64,000 bases of DNA from an uncultured bacterium (GTDB lineage Bacteria > Auribacterota > Erginobacteria > Erginobacterales > Erginobacteraceae). Where the stretch lies: contig CAWGIE010000035.1 in assembly GCA_963822585.1 (NCBI GenBank), positions 96,001 through 160,000 of the forward strand. Direction: 5' to 3'. The notes beneath the pieces were generated by a model. That model did not search any database. It saw only the letters and a list, made by a program, of their open reading frames with translations, and had not been told where the DNA came from. Below are positions 33,467-43,679 of the stretch, in pieces (position 1 is the first letter of the stretch; each line of letters begins with the position of its first letter). The position numbers and the translations under genes were made by a program.

Positions 33467-33566
33467 GGATCTGGACCTTTTTGAATGGATAACAGGATAA
33501 TATAGCCACGAAGGTCACCAAGGACACGAAGTATTTGAAGAACTGAGCGCTTCCCGCTAACGTTAG

Positions 33567-33622
33567 GTAGTCGCACCCTTCAGGGTGCGCAATAAAACGC
33601 TCCGCCTAATACGGGGCGGCTA
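33567..33622. repeat. GTAG-type REP pair
   Basis: GTAGTCGCACCCTTCAGGGTGCG ... GGCTAC; inverted copy at 36381-36404. Confidence 0.75.
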
Positions 33623-33690
33623 CCATTTGGACAACATTTATTGAAATCCCGAAACAGGAATATAAGATATAGCGTGAGTCTTCAGTATTA

Positions 33691-34767
33691 TTATACTTTG
33701 TATCCTCCGTGGGTGTCTCCCGGCCTCGGGAATTCGTTGATCGTGTTTCGGGCGGATTGTGTCTCGGCCTCGTAAAGCTCCCTGAGCGCGTTGTCATCCC
33801 GGGAAATAACCTGTAACCGCTGATAAATCTCGGTGACTTCGTCGCGGGAGATCTTCAGCGTCGTCCCCCCGAAGACGTATTCCGTCCGCCCGGCCAACGC
33901 CAGTGTCCGCACCGCGAAGATGAGGGGCAGGGCGCAGAATAACCTGATGTCCTCTTCCCGCTCGGGGATGGCCGTGGTGTACTCCAGAGCGCTGTCCAGC
34001 CAGGTGAGGGCGAGCGTGACCAGTTCCCCGATCATCCGCCTGCCCCGGGGATCTCCGGGCTGGCGAATAAGTTCTTCGAGTGTGACGCCGGCCCGGCGGA
34101 GCAGCTGCCGGGGAAGGTAGCTGACGCCCCGGGCCATGTCGTCGGTGACGCCCTTGATGATATTGGTAAGCTGGAGCCCGAGGCCGAAATCAACCCCGTG
34201 GCGGCGCAGCGCGGCCTCCGGGGCCCCGGAGATGGAAACGCGGTCGAGACTGAAAAGGCCGGTGAGCATGTTCCCGACGGTCCCCGCCACGTAGTAACAG
34301 TATTGCCGGAGATCATCCAGCGTCTCCAGCCGCAGACCTTCATCCCCGGTTTCCCGGCGCACGGTTGCGGCCATGCCCCGCGCCATTTCTCCCGCCGGTA
34401 CGGAGATCACCTCCCGGAAGGGAGCGGGGAGATCATGGAATGCCGTCAGCACGGCATGACAGTTCCGGCAGAGATCATGATCGGGCTCATGAAAATCCCT
34501 TTCCGGGAAGGTGTCTCTGATCTCCCGGCTGCATTCCGCCCAGAGTTCTTCAGCGAAGAGATCGCGCCCGGCCCTTTCCAGCAGCGCCGCCCGCCTATCG
34601 GCGGGGAGAATGGTCGTATCTTCGATCGTGTCGAGAATGCGGCAGATCAGGTAGGCGACGCAGACCGTATCCCGGAGCGGCTCCTGGAGAAGATCGATCC
34701 CCAGGGCGAAAGTCCGGCTCACCCGCGGGAGAATCCGGTGGCAATAGGTGATGCAGTTTTTCATCAT
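33691..34767 (-). CDS. Squalene/phytoene synthase family protein
   Basis: VSRTFA, ICRILDTIED, YCYYVAGTVG, GLGLQLTNII. Confidence 0.9.
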   Translation of the reverse strand: MMKNCITYCHRILPRVSRTFALGIDLLQEPLRDTVCVAYLICRILDTIEDTTILPADRRAALLERAGRDLFAEELWAECSREIRDTFPERDFHEPDHDLCRNCHAVLTAFHDLPAPFREVISVPAGEMARGMAATVRRETGDEGLRLETLDDLRQYCYYVAGTVGNMLTGLFSLDRVSISGAPEAALRRHGVDFGLGLQLTNIIKGVTDDMARGVSYLPRQLLRRAGVTLEELIRQPGDPRGRRMIGELVTLALTWLDSALEYTTAIPEREEDIRLFCALPLIFAVRTLALAGRTEYVFGGTTLKISRDEVTEIYQRLQVISRDDNALRELYEAETQSARNTINEFPRPGDTHGGYKV

Positions 34768-34981
34768 AATAATGATAGTCACCGTCTGGATCATGGTATA
34801 TATCATATATACGGAGAGGATTGATCAGAAATATTTGTCTTTCATCCGATTTCCGTCCGCCGGCCGCGGGCGGAAATCGGGTTGTTGTGAAAAATGCCGA
34901 AGATGTGGTTGGCAGGGGTGTGCCTGCCGATTGATCATAAAACCTTAAAGTCGGGAGACCGGTGATAATAGAGGGGGAAAC

Positions 34982-35917
34982 ATGAGAAAGAAAAAAGAGA
35001 TGGTATTAGCGGTCCTGATTGCCGCCACGCTACCGGTCGTTTCCCCCGTGAGAGGGCAGGGGATCACGATCGATCATAACTGCACCGACCTTGCCCGGAT
35101 ACCGGCGGCATGGGTCAACAGCGCGAAAAGTACCTATCGGGTCTGGTACGGTCATACCTCCCACGGGAGCCAGATTACGACCGGGATGAGCCTGATCAAC
35201 GGTTCCCCCTTCAATTATAACTCATCCGGTTCGGGGGGGGCGTTATCCTACCAGGAGACGGAAGGTGATCTCGGTTACGACGGCGACCTCGCCTGGTACT
35301 ACGCCACCCGGGACAAGCTCGATCAGGCCGGGAACACCCGCAATGTCGTGATCTGGTCCTGGTGCGACGGCGTCTCCGATAATACCGCCTCGGGGATCGA
35401 CACCTACCTGAACGCCATGTCCCAGTTGGAGGCTGATTACCCCTCGATCAAATTCGTTTACATGACCGGGCATCTGGACGGTACCGGCGAGAACGGGAAC
35501 CTGCACATCAGGAACAACCAGATCCGCTATTTCTGCAGCGCCCACGGCAAGATTCTCTATGACTTCGCCGATATCGAGAGCTACGACCCTTCCGGGGCGT
35601 ACTTCCTCAACCGGGGGGCTAACGACGGATGTTATTACGATGACTGGGCCCGGAACTGGGCCCAGGAGTGGTGTAACGCCCATCCCGGCTCTTCACTCTG
35701 CGCTTCCTGCGACTGCGCCCACTCGGAGCCTTTGAACTGCAACCTCAAGGGGCGAGCCTTCTGGTGGATGATGGCCCGCCTGGCCGGCTGGGACGGCAGT
35801 TCCCAACAGCCCACCCCCGGGCCGGGGCCTACCCCCGTCCCCGTCCCGCCCGATTCCGGCGGTGACGGCCTGAACAAGATTCTCCGCTGGGTTCAGGAAT
35901 GGGCGTCGGGGCTGTAA
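34982..35917 (+). CDS. Secreted hypothetical protein (HTSHGSQ / YMTGHLDG family)
   Basis: Signal peptide, YGHTSHGSQI, WSWC, LYDFADIESYD, CAHS..LNC..KG.A.W, Pro-Thr linker. Confidence 0.8.
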   Translation: MRKKKEMVLAVLIAATLPVVSPVRGQGITIDHNCTDLARIPAAWVNSAKSTYRVWYGHTSHGSQITTGMSLINGSPFNYNSSGSGGALSYQETEGDLGYDGDLAWYYATRDKLDQAGNTRNVVIWSWCDGVSDNTASGIDTYLNAMSQLEADYPSIKFVYMTGHLDGTGENGNLHIRNNQIRYFCSAHGKILYDFADIESYDPSGAYFLNRGANDGCYYDDWARNWAQEWCNAHPGSSLCASCDCAHSEPLNCNLKGRAFWWMMARLAGWDGSSQQPTPGPGPTPVPVPPDSGGDGLNKILRWVQEWASGL

Positions 35918-36030
35918 CTATAGATTTCAGCACCAGATTGGCTTTTGGCATCCCCCTCCCGCGGCCTCTTTTGGGACCACTAATTACACGAATTCCGCTC
36001 ATTGTTCCCCCGCCTCGCCCCCTTACTATC

Positions 36031-36116
36031 AGCACCTGATCCTTCGACTTCGCTTAGGACAAGTTTTACCTGATTTTTACCCCGCCGCGACGAAGTCGCT
36101 TTGCGGGGTCTCTGAT
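36031..36116. repeat. ~85-bp dispersed composite palindromic element, copy 2
   Basis: Near-identical to 4797-4882. Confidence 0.85.
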
Positions 36117-36666
36117 TGTTTACTTTTAAGGCCAATTTTCTCATCTTGTTATGATGAGATTGCTTCGCCCCTCCGGGGTTCGCAATGACTTTTGAGAGTT
36201 TCCCGGATATGCTCCCGGTATTTTCTGCAGGCAATACCCGCAAAAAACAAAAACGGTCAAGAAAAGCTAATGTTGTGGTGATACAGTGCTCCCGATTTTA
36301 GAACGATATCAATCAGCGGCGAAGTAGTTAATTTATTGTTTCCGCATTTAACTAATTGGTAATTGCCTCGGTTTGCCAGGGCGCACCCTAAAGGGTGCGA
36401 CTACCTATAGCTAGTGAGAAACGTTGGGTTTTTGTTTCGGAATTTTCCCGATAGCCATCGGGATGCGCCTCTGGGCACAATAAGAACGTGCAAGCATTGA
36501 ATCAACATGACAGGGATATTTTGAAGAAAATTCGTGCAATTTCTCCGCCCCGAAGCCTTAGATCGGGGGCGTAATTCGTCGTTTTATTTAATTGCCCGAG
36601 CCCCGATAAACCCCGATAAAATTCGGGGCGGAGGCGGGGTAGACTGTGCGAGGGCTAAGTTCTAAA

Positions 36667-37566
36667 ATGAAAACAGAAACGGAACAGATCTACCACGAGC
36701 GCATCCTGCGGGTGCTGATCTACATCCAGCGCCATCTGGACGAGCCGCTGGACCTCAACGAGCTGGCCGCGGTCGCCTGTTTCTCCCCCTTTCACTTTCA
36801 CCGGATCTTCCGCGGCCTGGTCGGTGAATCGGTGAAGGAACATATCCGGCGTCTGCGCCTGGAACGGGCGCTTTACCGGATCCGCTCGACCGGAGAGTCA
36901 ATCCTCTGGATCGCCCTCGACGCGGGATACGAAACTCATGAATCTTTCACCCGTGCCTTCAAGACCATGTTCGGCCGCGCGCCCTCGGCGGTGCGGAAGG
37001 GGGCGAACCGTCTTCTCTGCGAGGATACCCTCTCCGGGGTTCACTTCGAACCAGCCGGGGAGATACCACAATTAAAAACCATCACCAAAGGAGGTGCAGA
37101 AATGGAAGTGAAGATAGTCAAGCGTGAACCGACCCGGGTGGCCTTCGTCCGTCATATCGGTCCCTACGAGAAGTGCGAAGCGGCTTGGGGAAAACTTTGT
37201 GGCTGGGCCGGCCCCAAAGGCCTCTTCGGCCCCCAAACCGTTATGCTGGGGATCTCCTACGACGATCCCGAAGTGACCCCGCCGGAGAAGATCCGTTACG
37301 ATGCCTGTCTGACCGTCGATGAATCGGTCCAGCCCGAAGGAGAGATCGGGATCCAGGTCATCCCCGGCGGTGAGTACGCGGTGACCATCCATAAAGGGCC
37401 GTACATGAAATTGATCGAGACCTACGGCAAGCTCTTCGGAGAATGGGCGCCGAAAAGCGGACGGGTGGTCAGTTCCGGCCCCTGCCTGGAGATCTACCGG
37501 AATGATCCCCACCGGACGCCCCCGGCGGAACTTCTGACGGAAGTTTGCGTTCCGCTTGAGTCGTAA
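36667..37566 (+). CDS. AraC-family regulator with C-terminal GyrI-like domain
   Basis: LAAVACFSPFHFHRIF, AGYETHESFTRAFK, HIGPY, YDDPEVTP, LEIYRNDP. Confidence 0.95.
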   Translation: MKTETEQIYHERILRVLIYIQRHLDEPLDLNELAAVACFSPFHFHRIFRGLVGESVKEHIRRLRLERALYRIRSTGESILWIALDAGYETHESFTRAFKTMFGRAPSAVRKGANRLLCEDTLSGVHFEPAGEIPQLKTITKGGAEMEVKIVKREPTRVAFVRHIGPYEKCEAAWGKLCGWAGPKGLFGPQTVMLGISYDDPEVTPPEKIRYDACLTVDESVQPEGEIGIQVIPGGEYAVTIHKGPYMKLIETYGKLFGEWAPKSGRVVSSGPCLEIYRNDPHRTPPAELLTEVCVPLES

Positions 37567-37593
37567 TAAAGCGGTCCCTGAACACAGCTACAC

Positions 37594-37647
37594 AAGCCCG
37601 GATTAAACATTTTCTACCGATCGGTAGAAAATGTTTAATCCGGGCTT
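37594..37647. repeat. Perfect 54-bp palindrome
   Basis: AAGCCCGGATTAAACATTTTCTACCGA|TCGGTAGAAAATGTTTAATCCGGGCTT between convergent genes. Confidence 0.95.
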
Positions 37648-37703
37648 CGGTTTTATGGCGCGATAACCCTGCCGGATCGATCCGGACACAACTCAGGGGA
37701 TGA

Positions 37704-38582
37704 TCAAAGCTGGAGCACTGGATCATGTCGCCGGTGGTTCGCCGCCGCCCGTTGAAAGCTGGTGGTGGCGTAGCAGTACCGGCAGCCGAATACGCAGGTG
37801 TCGTAAACGCCGATGTCACGGCTGATCACACAGCCGCAGTGCTTGCGTTGGCCGGGATCCTTCCTCCTCGTGACCTTGATGCCGAAGATGTCCCGGATCA
37901 GCCGGTCGTCAATACATTTTCCCGGCTGGATCCCGAAGCGGACATCGCTTCTTTCGGCGCAGCTCGTGATCTCCATCCCGTTATCCCCGGCGGTCCGCGC
38001 CAGTGATATCATGCAGTCCTTCAGCCATCCCTCCGGGATCTCGTTTTCTCCGTACAGAAGGAATCCCTGCTTTCCCAGGTCGTTCAGCCGTTTCCCGAGC
38101 CGCGGATAGAGGTCGACGATGCTGATCACCGACCGCCGGGTGTATCCCTTGAGCGCCCGCGCGATCCGTTCATAGGCCTTTTGATGGAATTCCGCGCCGA
38201 GGGCGGGGCTGAATATCACGGGGTCATATCGCCAGATCACCCGTTCCGGTCCGATCCGGTGGGCCAGCTCCTGGAATGTCTCCAGGGACGCCGCCAGGGG
38301 AAGAGCGCCCGGCTCGAGTTCCGGGGGATAGTCAAGGAGCGTGTACTGAAAGTAGTACCGGTATCCCCGATCGTCCAGCTCCTCAAGATAAGGGAAGAGG
38401 GGCCGCGGGTTCCGGGTCCAGAAGACGATGCAGTCAACGTCCCCCGGCAGGAGAGGAACCCGCAAAACCTGTTCCCGATTGAAAGGGTGGGGGACCTGGC
38501 ACCATCCTTTCCGAATTCGGTTGATAAACCACGGAGCATAAAAAGCCGGGATGTCGGTTCTCCGGCTGGCCGAGATGATCAT
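37704..38582 (-). CDS. DUF1848 family protein
   Basis: MIISASRRTDIPAFY, VFWTRNP, WRYDP, CGC..S.DIG.YDTC..GC.YCYA. Confidence 0.93.
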   Translation of the reverse strand: MIISASRRTDIPAFYAPWFINRIRKGWCQVPHPFNREQVLRVPLLPGDVDCIVFWTRNPRPLFPYLEELDDRGYRYYFQYTLLDYPPELEPGALPLAASLETFQELAHRIGPERVIWRYDPVIFSPALGAEFHQKAYERIARALKGYTRRSVISIVDLYPRLGKRLNDLGKQGFLLYGENEIPEGWLKDCMISLARTAGDNGMEITSCAERSDVRFGIQPGKCIDDRLIRDIFGIKVTRRKDPGQRKHCGCVISRDIGVYDTCVFGCRYCYATTSFQRAAANHRRHDPVLQL

Positions 38583-38587
38583 AAGGT

Positions 38588-39788
38588 TTAAATGCCCCAG
38601 GGTGATTTCCAGATGCCGGTATCCCGGCAGAAATAGATGATTTTCGGGTGCCCGATGGTGAAGCCCAGGATGGCGCCCAGGATCACCGGTACGGCTACTC
38701 TCAAGCCGAACAACTCCAGCAGGATAATGGCGGCGGCGATCGGCGTGTTGAGAACGGAGGCCATGGCGGCGGCTATTCCGGTGCAGATGACCGCCCGGTG
38801 AAGCGCCATGTCCTCGATCCCGAAGACGCGGGAAACAATGGCGGCCGACAGCGCGCCCAGATGACCGAAGGGAAGGTCAGGCCGCCGCTCCCGCCGGTTT
38901 AACAGTCATGGTGGTGGCGAGCAGCTTCCCGACCAGCAGCAGAACCCCCGTCAGGAGGAGTATGTTGCCGCTCAGGCAGACACCGACCAACCCTTCCCCC
39001 GTCCCAGGACGCTCACCCGGGTAGGCCGCCAGTCTCCCCCCGGCCCGGCGCGCTGAAACTTCATACCGGTATTCTACCAACCGGAAGGCAGCTCCAGCTT
39101 TTCAAAAAGATAGACAAAGGCCATACCGACGACCGCGCTCAGGACGGTAGCGGCCAGGATGGGCAGGAGGTGAGAGGGGGAGAAAGAATAATCGAGCCGG
39201 CCGGCGAAGGAGAGGCCGCCGCGAAGGAGGTGATGCACCAGAAAGCCGACCAGGCTGGAAAGGACGGGCGGGAAGAGAACGTTGTAATCAAGAGCCGAGC
39301 GAAGAGCACCTCGGCGGCGAAAACCCCGCCCCCCAGCGGGGCCGAAGATGGCCCACCCTCCGCCGCGACCACGGCGGCCTCTCTGTTATCGGGATGATTG
39401 TAAACGGGATATCATCTTGCGATAAGCTTCCCAACAGACGAGGCCCACCCGGCCCCCGCTCCCTCCCGTTCCCAGGGTAAGCAGGGATGCCGCGAACTTA
39501 CAGAGAAGCAGCCGGCATGAGTTCCGGGGAGGGGGTCAGCCCGGTCGATGTAAATCTGGGTTCAATCTCCGAAAACTCTGGGAGACCATCTCAGGATCAG
39601 TCCGGTCGCGAGGCCTCCCAGCACCGGAAGCCCCCAGAGCCATAATGAGCAGGTCTGGAGGGAGATCCAGTTCAGCGCCAGGTTGAAGAGCCGGACCAGG
39701 ACCCCGACGGCCTGCCGGTCAGGCAGGCCAGAAGAGGCCATTTCAGGAGATAGATGAAATAGTGGTTATAGTGGTGCCGGGCGTCCAT
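38588..39788 (-). pseudogene. ClC-family chloride channel, fragmented
   Basis: Fragments in several frames: KFAASLLTLGTGGSGGRVG, APLGGGVFAAEVL, GKLLATT, AAMASVLNTPIAAAIILLELFG. Confidence 0.75.
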
Positions 39789-39901
39789 GACCAGGGTCGT
39801 GTTTCGGGCGCGACATGGAGTGGGCAAGCGCTGCCAGTGCCATGCCGGTTTGCTCCCCGGATAAGATGCAAAAGCAGCCGGCAACATGATATCATAATGA
39901 A

Positions 39902-40848
39902 ATGGAAAAACAATCACCTCGCGTTATCCTTGCTTACTTTTCCGGGACCGGGAACACCGCCTGCCTGGCCCGGCTTCTCCGCGATCGGTTCCGTGTCGGA
40001 AGGCTGCCGTCCGGCTGATAAATATCGAGGAGGTTTTACGGGTCGAGGCCGGAATTCTTCCCGATGACTTTGACGTTCTGGGGATTGCCTATCCGGTGCA
40101 CGCGCTTAACGCTCCCGCGATCGTCTTTGATTTCATCGATTCTCTCCCCCCGGGGTCCGGAAAGAGAACATTCATCATCAAATCCCCCGCCGACCCCTTT
40201 TTTCGCGGCGGCTCCAGCCACCTGGTGATCAGGGCTCTCGCAAACCGGGGATACCGTGTCTTTCACGAGAGCATGATCGTCATGCCGGCCAATGTCTTTA
40301 TCCGGTATCCCGATGATTTCATCAGAGAGCTGGTCAGGACCGCCGAAAGACGGGCGGGGGAGACGGCGGACGAGATCATCGCCGGTCTTCCCCGCCGGGA
40401 AACCCCCGGGTTTTTATCAAGACTCTGTACCCGGTTTTTCAGTTCGCTGGAAGTGCGGGGAGGGCGATATTTCGGCCGCGATCTCCGGGTCTCCAGCGAA
40501 TGCACTCTCTGTGAAAAATGCATTCGCGAGTGCCCGAGAGGGAATATTTTTCTTCGTGACGGCCGGATCGTTTTCGGGAAGCGATGCATGATCTGTATGC
40601 GCTGTCTGTACGGCTGTCCCCAAAACGCGATCAGTCCCCGGTTTTTCTCATTCTTCAAAGTAAAGCGATGGTATAACCTGGCCACTCTTGCCGCCGATGC
40701 GCCCAGCGGCGGCGGATACGTCCCCAACGTCCGCGGGGGGTTCTTCCGGCTCTTTTCCGGGTATCTTGGCGGGCGGCGGAAGACGGGCGGTAATGGTTAT
40801 AAGCCCCCGGGGCGGGATGGGCAGGAACAGTCTGAAAGCGATTATTAG
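39902..40848 (+). pseudogene. EFR1-family flavodoxin/4Fe-4S ferredoxin, frameshifted
   Basis: YFSGTGNT in one frame, shift at ~40000, then GIAYPVHA and CTLCEKCIRECP / CMICMRCLYGCP. Confidence 0.8.
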
Positions 40849-41296
40849 CCACCAAGGCACAAATATAACCACCGGGACATTAAAAATATAACCACGAAGA
40901 CACAAAGACACTAAGAAAAGAATAATCGTAGTAGCAAAGCTTGCTTTGCCCCAAGTCGAGCACGCTCGACCACTAAAAGAAGCACGGAAAAAGTTACCCA
41001 AGACATATCCGGGTCATTGCGAGGCGACTGGAAGTAGTCCTGAGCGTAGCGAAGGGACTGAAGCGACGAAGCAATCTCACTCAAACTAATCTTATTATTA
41101 ATGAGCAATCGTTCCTCTTCACCAAACCCAAAATTACAATAATTTTCTTTGTTTCCTTTGTGTCTTAGTGTCTTAGTGGTAAAAAAGGGGCCGAGGCCGG
41201 GGGAGCAATATTATTTTTCGCGTCTTCGTGGTTATTCAATCGTGCCTTGGTGGTAAAAATTGCGAACGAGTGAGCTAACGTGTAAGGAGGGTACCC

Positions 41297-41872
41297 ATGG
41301 ATATTTATGAAGCTATTCGGCGGAGAAAGAGCGTGCGCTCTTTTCAGAAGCAGGAAGTGGCAGAGGAGGTTCTCGATCGAATCCTGGAGGCGGCGCGTCT
41401 CGCGCCCTCGGCCAAAAACTTCCAGGAGTGGCGGTTTGTCGCGGTCCGCGACCCCGAAACCCGGAGGCAGCTCTCGGTCGCCGCCCGCGGCCAGACGTTC
41501 GTGGCCTAGGCCCCGGTCGTCCTGGCCTGCTGCGCCGAAACCGACAACCACGTGATGACCTGCGGGCAACTCTGTTACCCGATTGACGTCGCCATAGCGG
41601 TCGACCACATCACTCTCTGCGCGGCGGCCGAAGGACTGGGAACCTGCTGGATCGGGGCCTTTTTTGAAGACCGGGTAAAAGAAATTCTCGGCATACCGGC
41701 CCCGGTCCGAGTCGTCGCCCTGCTTCCGATCGGCTACCCGGCCGATCCCTCGCCGATCGAGAAACCCCGGCTGGAGCTGGATGAGATCGTCATGCATGAG
41801 CGATGGGAAAAGCATGCCATCCTTGAGCATCTGAAACTTGGCAACAAGACGATGAAACCGCGGAGAACATGA
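41297..41872 (+). pseudogene. Nitroreductase family protein with internal TAG
   Basis: RRKSVRSF, APSAKNFQEW, FVA*APVV (TAG 41507-41509), GLGTCWIG; AAGGAGG RBS. Confidence 0.85.
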
Positions 41873-41976
41873 AGGGATTTCAAAAAAGATCAAAATTATC
41901 TACCCTCGTTGAATATCTTCGTGCTCGCAGTCTACCCCGAAGAATTCGGGGTGTCCTTCGTGGTGAATATATCTTT

Positions 41977-42741
41977 ATGGAAGGTGAGCGGACAGCGGAG
42001 TTCCGATTTTACGCCGAGCTGAACGATTTCCTCGCGCCCGTCCGCCGTCAGCAAACATTTTCCTATGTATTCAAAGGGAGCCCGTCGTTAAAAGACGCCA
42101 TCGAAGCGATCGGGGTGCCTCATACCGCCGTTGACGTTGTCCTGGTCAACGGGGTTTCCGTCGGCTTCGATCACCGGCTCCGCCCGGGCGATCGGGTCTC
42201 GGTCTACCCGGTCTTCGAAAGTTTCGATGTTTCCCCGCTTATCCGTTTGCGGGAGGAACCCCTCCGCGATCCGGTCTTCATCCTCGACGTGCACCTGGGA
42301 AAACTGGCCCGGTTGCTCCGGATGCTGGGGTTCGACGCTCTTTACCGGAACGATTATGACGATCCCGAAATCGTGCGGATCGCCCTGAAGGAGCGGCGCA
42401 TCATTCTCACTCGCGACCGGGGTATCCTCAAGAACTCCCTGGTCACGCACGGCTACTGGGTGAGAGCGGAAGACCCGCTGCGGCAGGCCCGCGAGGTGCT
42501 GGCGCGGTTCGATCTTTTCCGGCGAATTCAGCCCTTCGCCCGCTGCATCTCCTGTAACGGGTTGATCGAGGAGGTCCCGAAAGAGGAAATCAGCGATCGT
42601 CTTCCCCCCCGGACGAAGAGCGCCTTCAACGAATTTCATCGCTGTAGCGGCTGCGGGAAGATCTACTGGCGGGGAAGTCACTATCAGGCCATGCACGGAC
42701 TGATCCGCCGGCTGCGCGAGGCGGATTGCTCACGTTCGTGA
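41977..42741 (+). CDS. Mut7-C ubiquitin-like/RNase domain protein
   Basis: FRFYAELNDFL, GVPHT, LDVHLGKLARLLRMLGFD, RC..CNG, C..CGKIYW.GSH. Confidence 0.93.
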   Translation: MEGERTAEFRFYAELNDFLAPVRRQQTFSYVFKGSPSLKDAIEAIGVPHTAVDVVLVNGVSVGFDHRLRPGDRVSVYPVFESFDVSPLIRLREEPLRDPVFILDVHLGKLARLLRMLGFDALYRNDYDDPEIVRIALKERRIILTRDRGILKNSLVTHGYWVRAEDPLRQAREVLARFDLFRRIQPFARCISCNGLIEEVPKEEISDRLPPRTKSAFNEFHRCSGCGKIYWRGSHYQAMHGLIRRLREADCSRS

Positions 42742-42760
42742 ACGCCTGCCCTCCGGCCGA

Positions 42761-43285
42761 TCAGCCGTCACTCCGGCAAAGTCCGACCAGGCGGGCCCGG
42801 GCCAGGATATGTCCCCGCATGGCGGCTTCCAGCTGTTGCCGGGTGGCGCCCCCGCCCAGTTCGAGCATCCGGTCGAGAGCGTAGACCGTGAATACATACC
42901 GGTGGGTGCCGGAGGGCGGGGAAGGGCCGTCATAACCCGTTTTTCGGAAATCGTTCAGACCCTCCCGCCCGGGGACCGTGCCCTCCTCGATCCGGGCGGC
43001 GGGCGGTATGTCATAGACCACCCAATGGACCCAGTTTCCCGAAGGGGCGTCGGGATCATCGACCACCAGGGCGAGGGAGCGGGTATCAGCCGGGAGGTCC
43101 TGGATGTCGAGCGGCGGACTCACATTTCCGCCAAAACGGGAATACTGCCGGGGAATCATCCCCCCCTCCCGGAAGGCGGGGCTGGACAGGATCATCGGCG
43201 ATTCCTCCCCGGGGGAAGAGCGCGCCCTCGCCGGATAGATGCCGCCGATGAGGAAAAACAGGATAATGCAGAGTAACGTAAGCAT
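42761..43285 (-). CDS. YbhB/YbcL (PEBP) family protein
   Basis: NVSPPL, DDPDAP..WVHW, GP.PPSGTHRY.F..YALD. Confidence 0.93.
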   Translation of the reverse strand: MLTLLCIILFFLIGGIYPARARSSPGEESPMILSSPAFREGGMIPRQYSRFGGNVSPPLDIQDLPADTRSLALVVDDPDAPSGNWVHWVVYDIPPAARIEEGTVPGREGLNDFRKTGYDGPSPPSGTHRYVFTVYALDRMLELGGGATRQQLEAAMRGHILARARLVGLCRSDG

Positions 43286-43434
43286 GCCGATATCCTCCTT
43301 TTTTCGCTCATAACTGCGTCACCGGCATCATATCAGGCCGTCGGGTTGAAAACAGGGTAAACGCCGCCGGGGAAAATGTCAAGCCGGCCCCCGCGGGTTA
43401 AAGAGTAACACCTAGCCCGGGCAGGTTCCCGCCG

Positions 43435-43615
43435 CTAAATATACTCCTCAGTCGTGCCGGAGGACGCATGGGGGACGGTAACGGTCATTTGACCGTCATG
43501 GCACTCGGTCTTCATCCCGGCCGCCTCAATCGGCCCGGGGAGGGTGAGCGACTGGCTGTAGGAACTGCTGTACCTTTCATAACGGGAACTTCCCGGATTA
43601 TCTTTTGCGTTACAA
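43435..43615 (-). pseudogene. Hsp20/alpha-crystallin C-terminal fragment
   Basis: ERYSSSYSQSLTLPGPIEAAGMKTECHDGQMTVTVP matches the Hsp20 C-terminal half; no start or N-terminal half. Confidence 0.55.
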
Positions 43616-43679
43616 GCGATCCGCGATCTCACGAAAGGGGAAATAGAGGGAGGAAGATGAAGGGTTTTCCCAAGAGGGA

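Noticed and set aside
27155..41509. TAG recoding or pyrrolysine suggested by two in-frame TAGs
   Set aside because: The expected residues differ (Trp versus Gln/Glu), TAG ends normal genes such as mtaB and ssnA, an in-frame TAA also occurs, and no pyl genes are seen.
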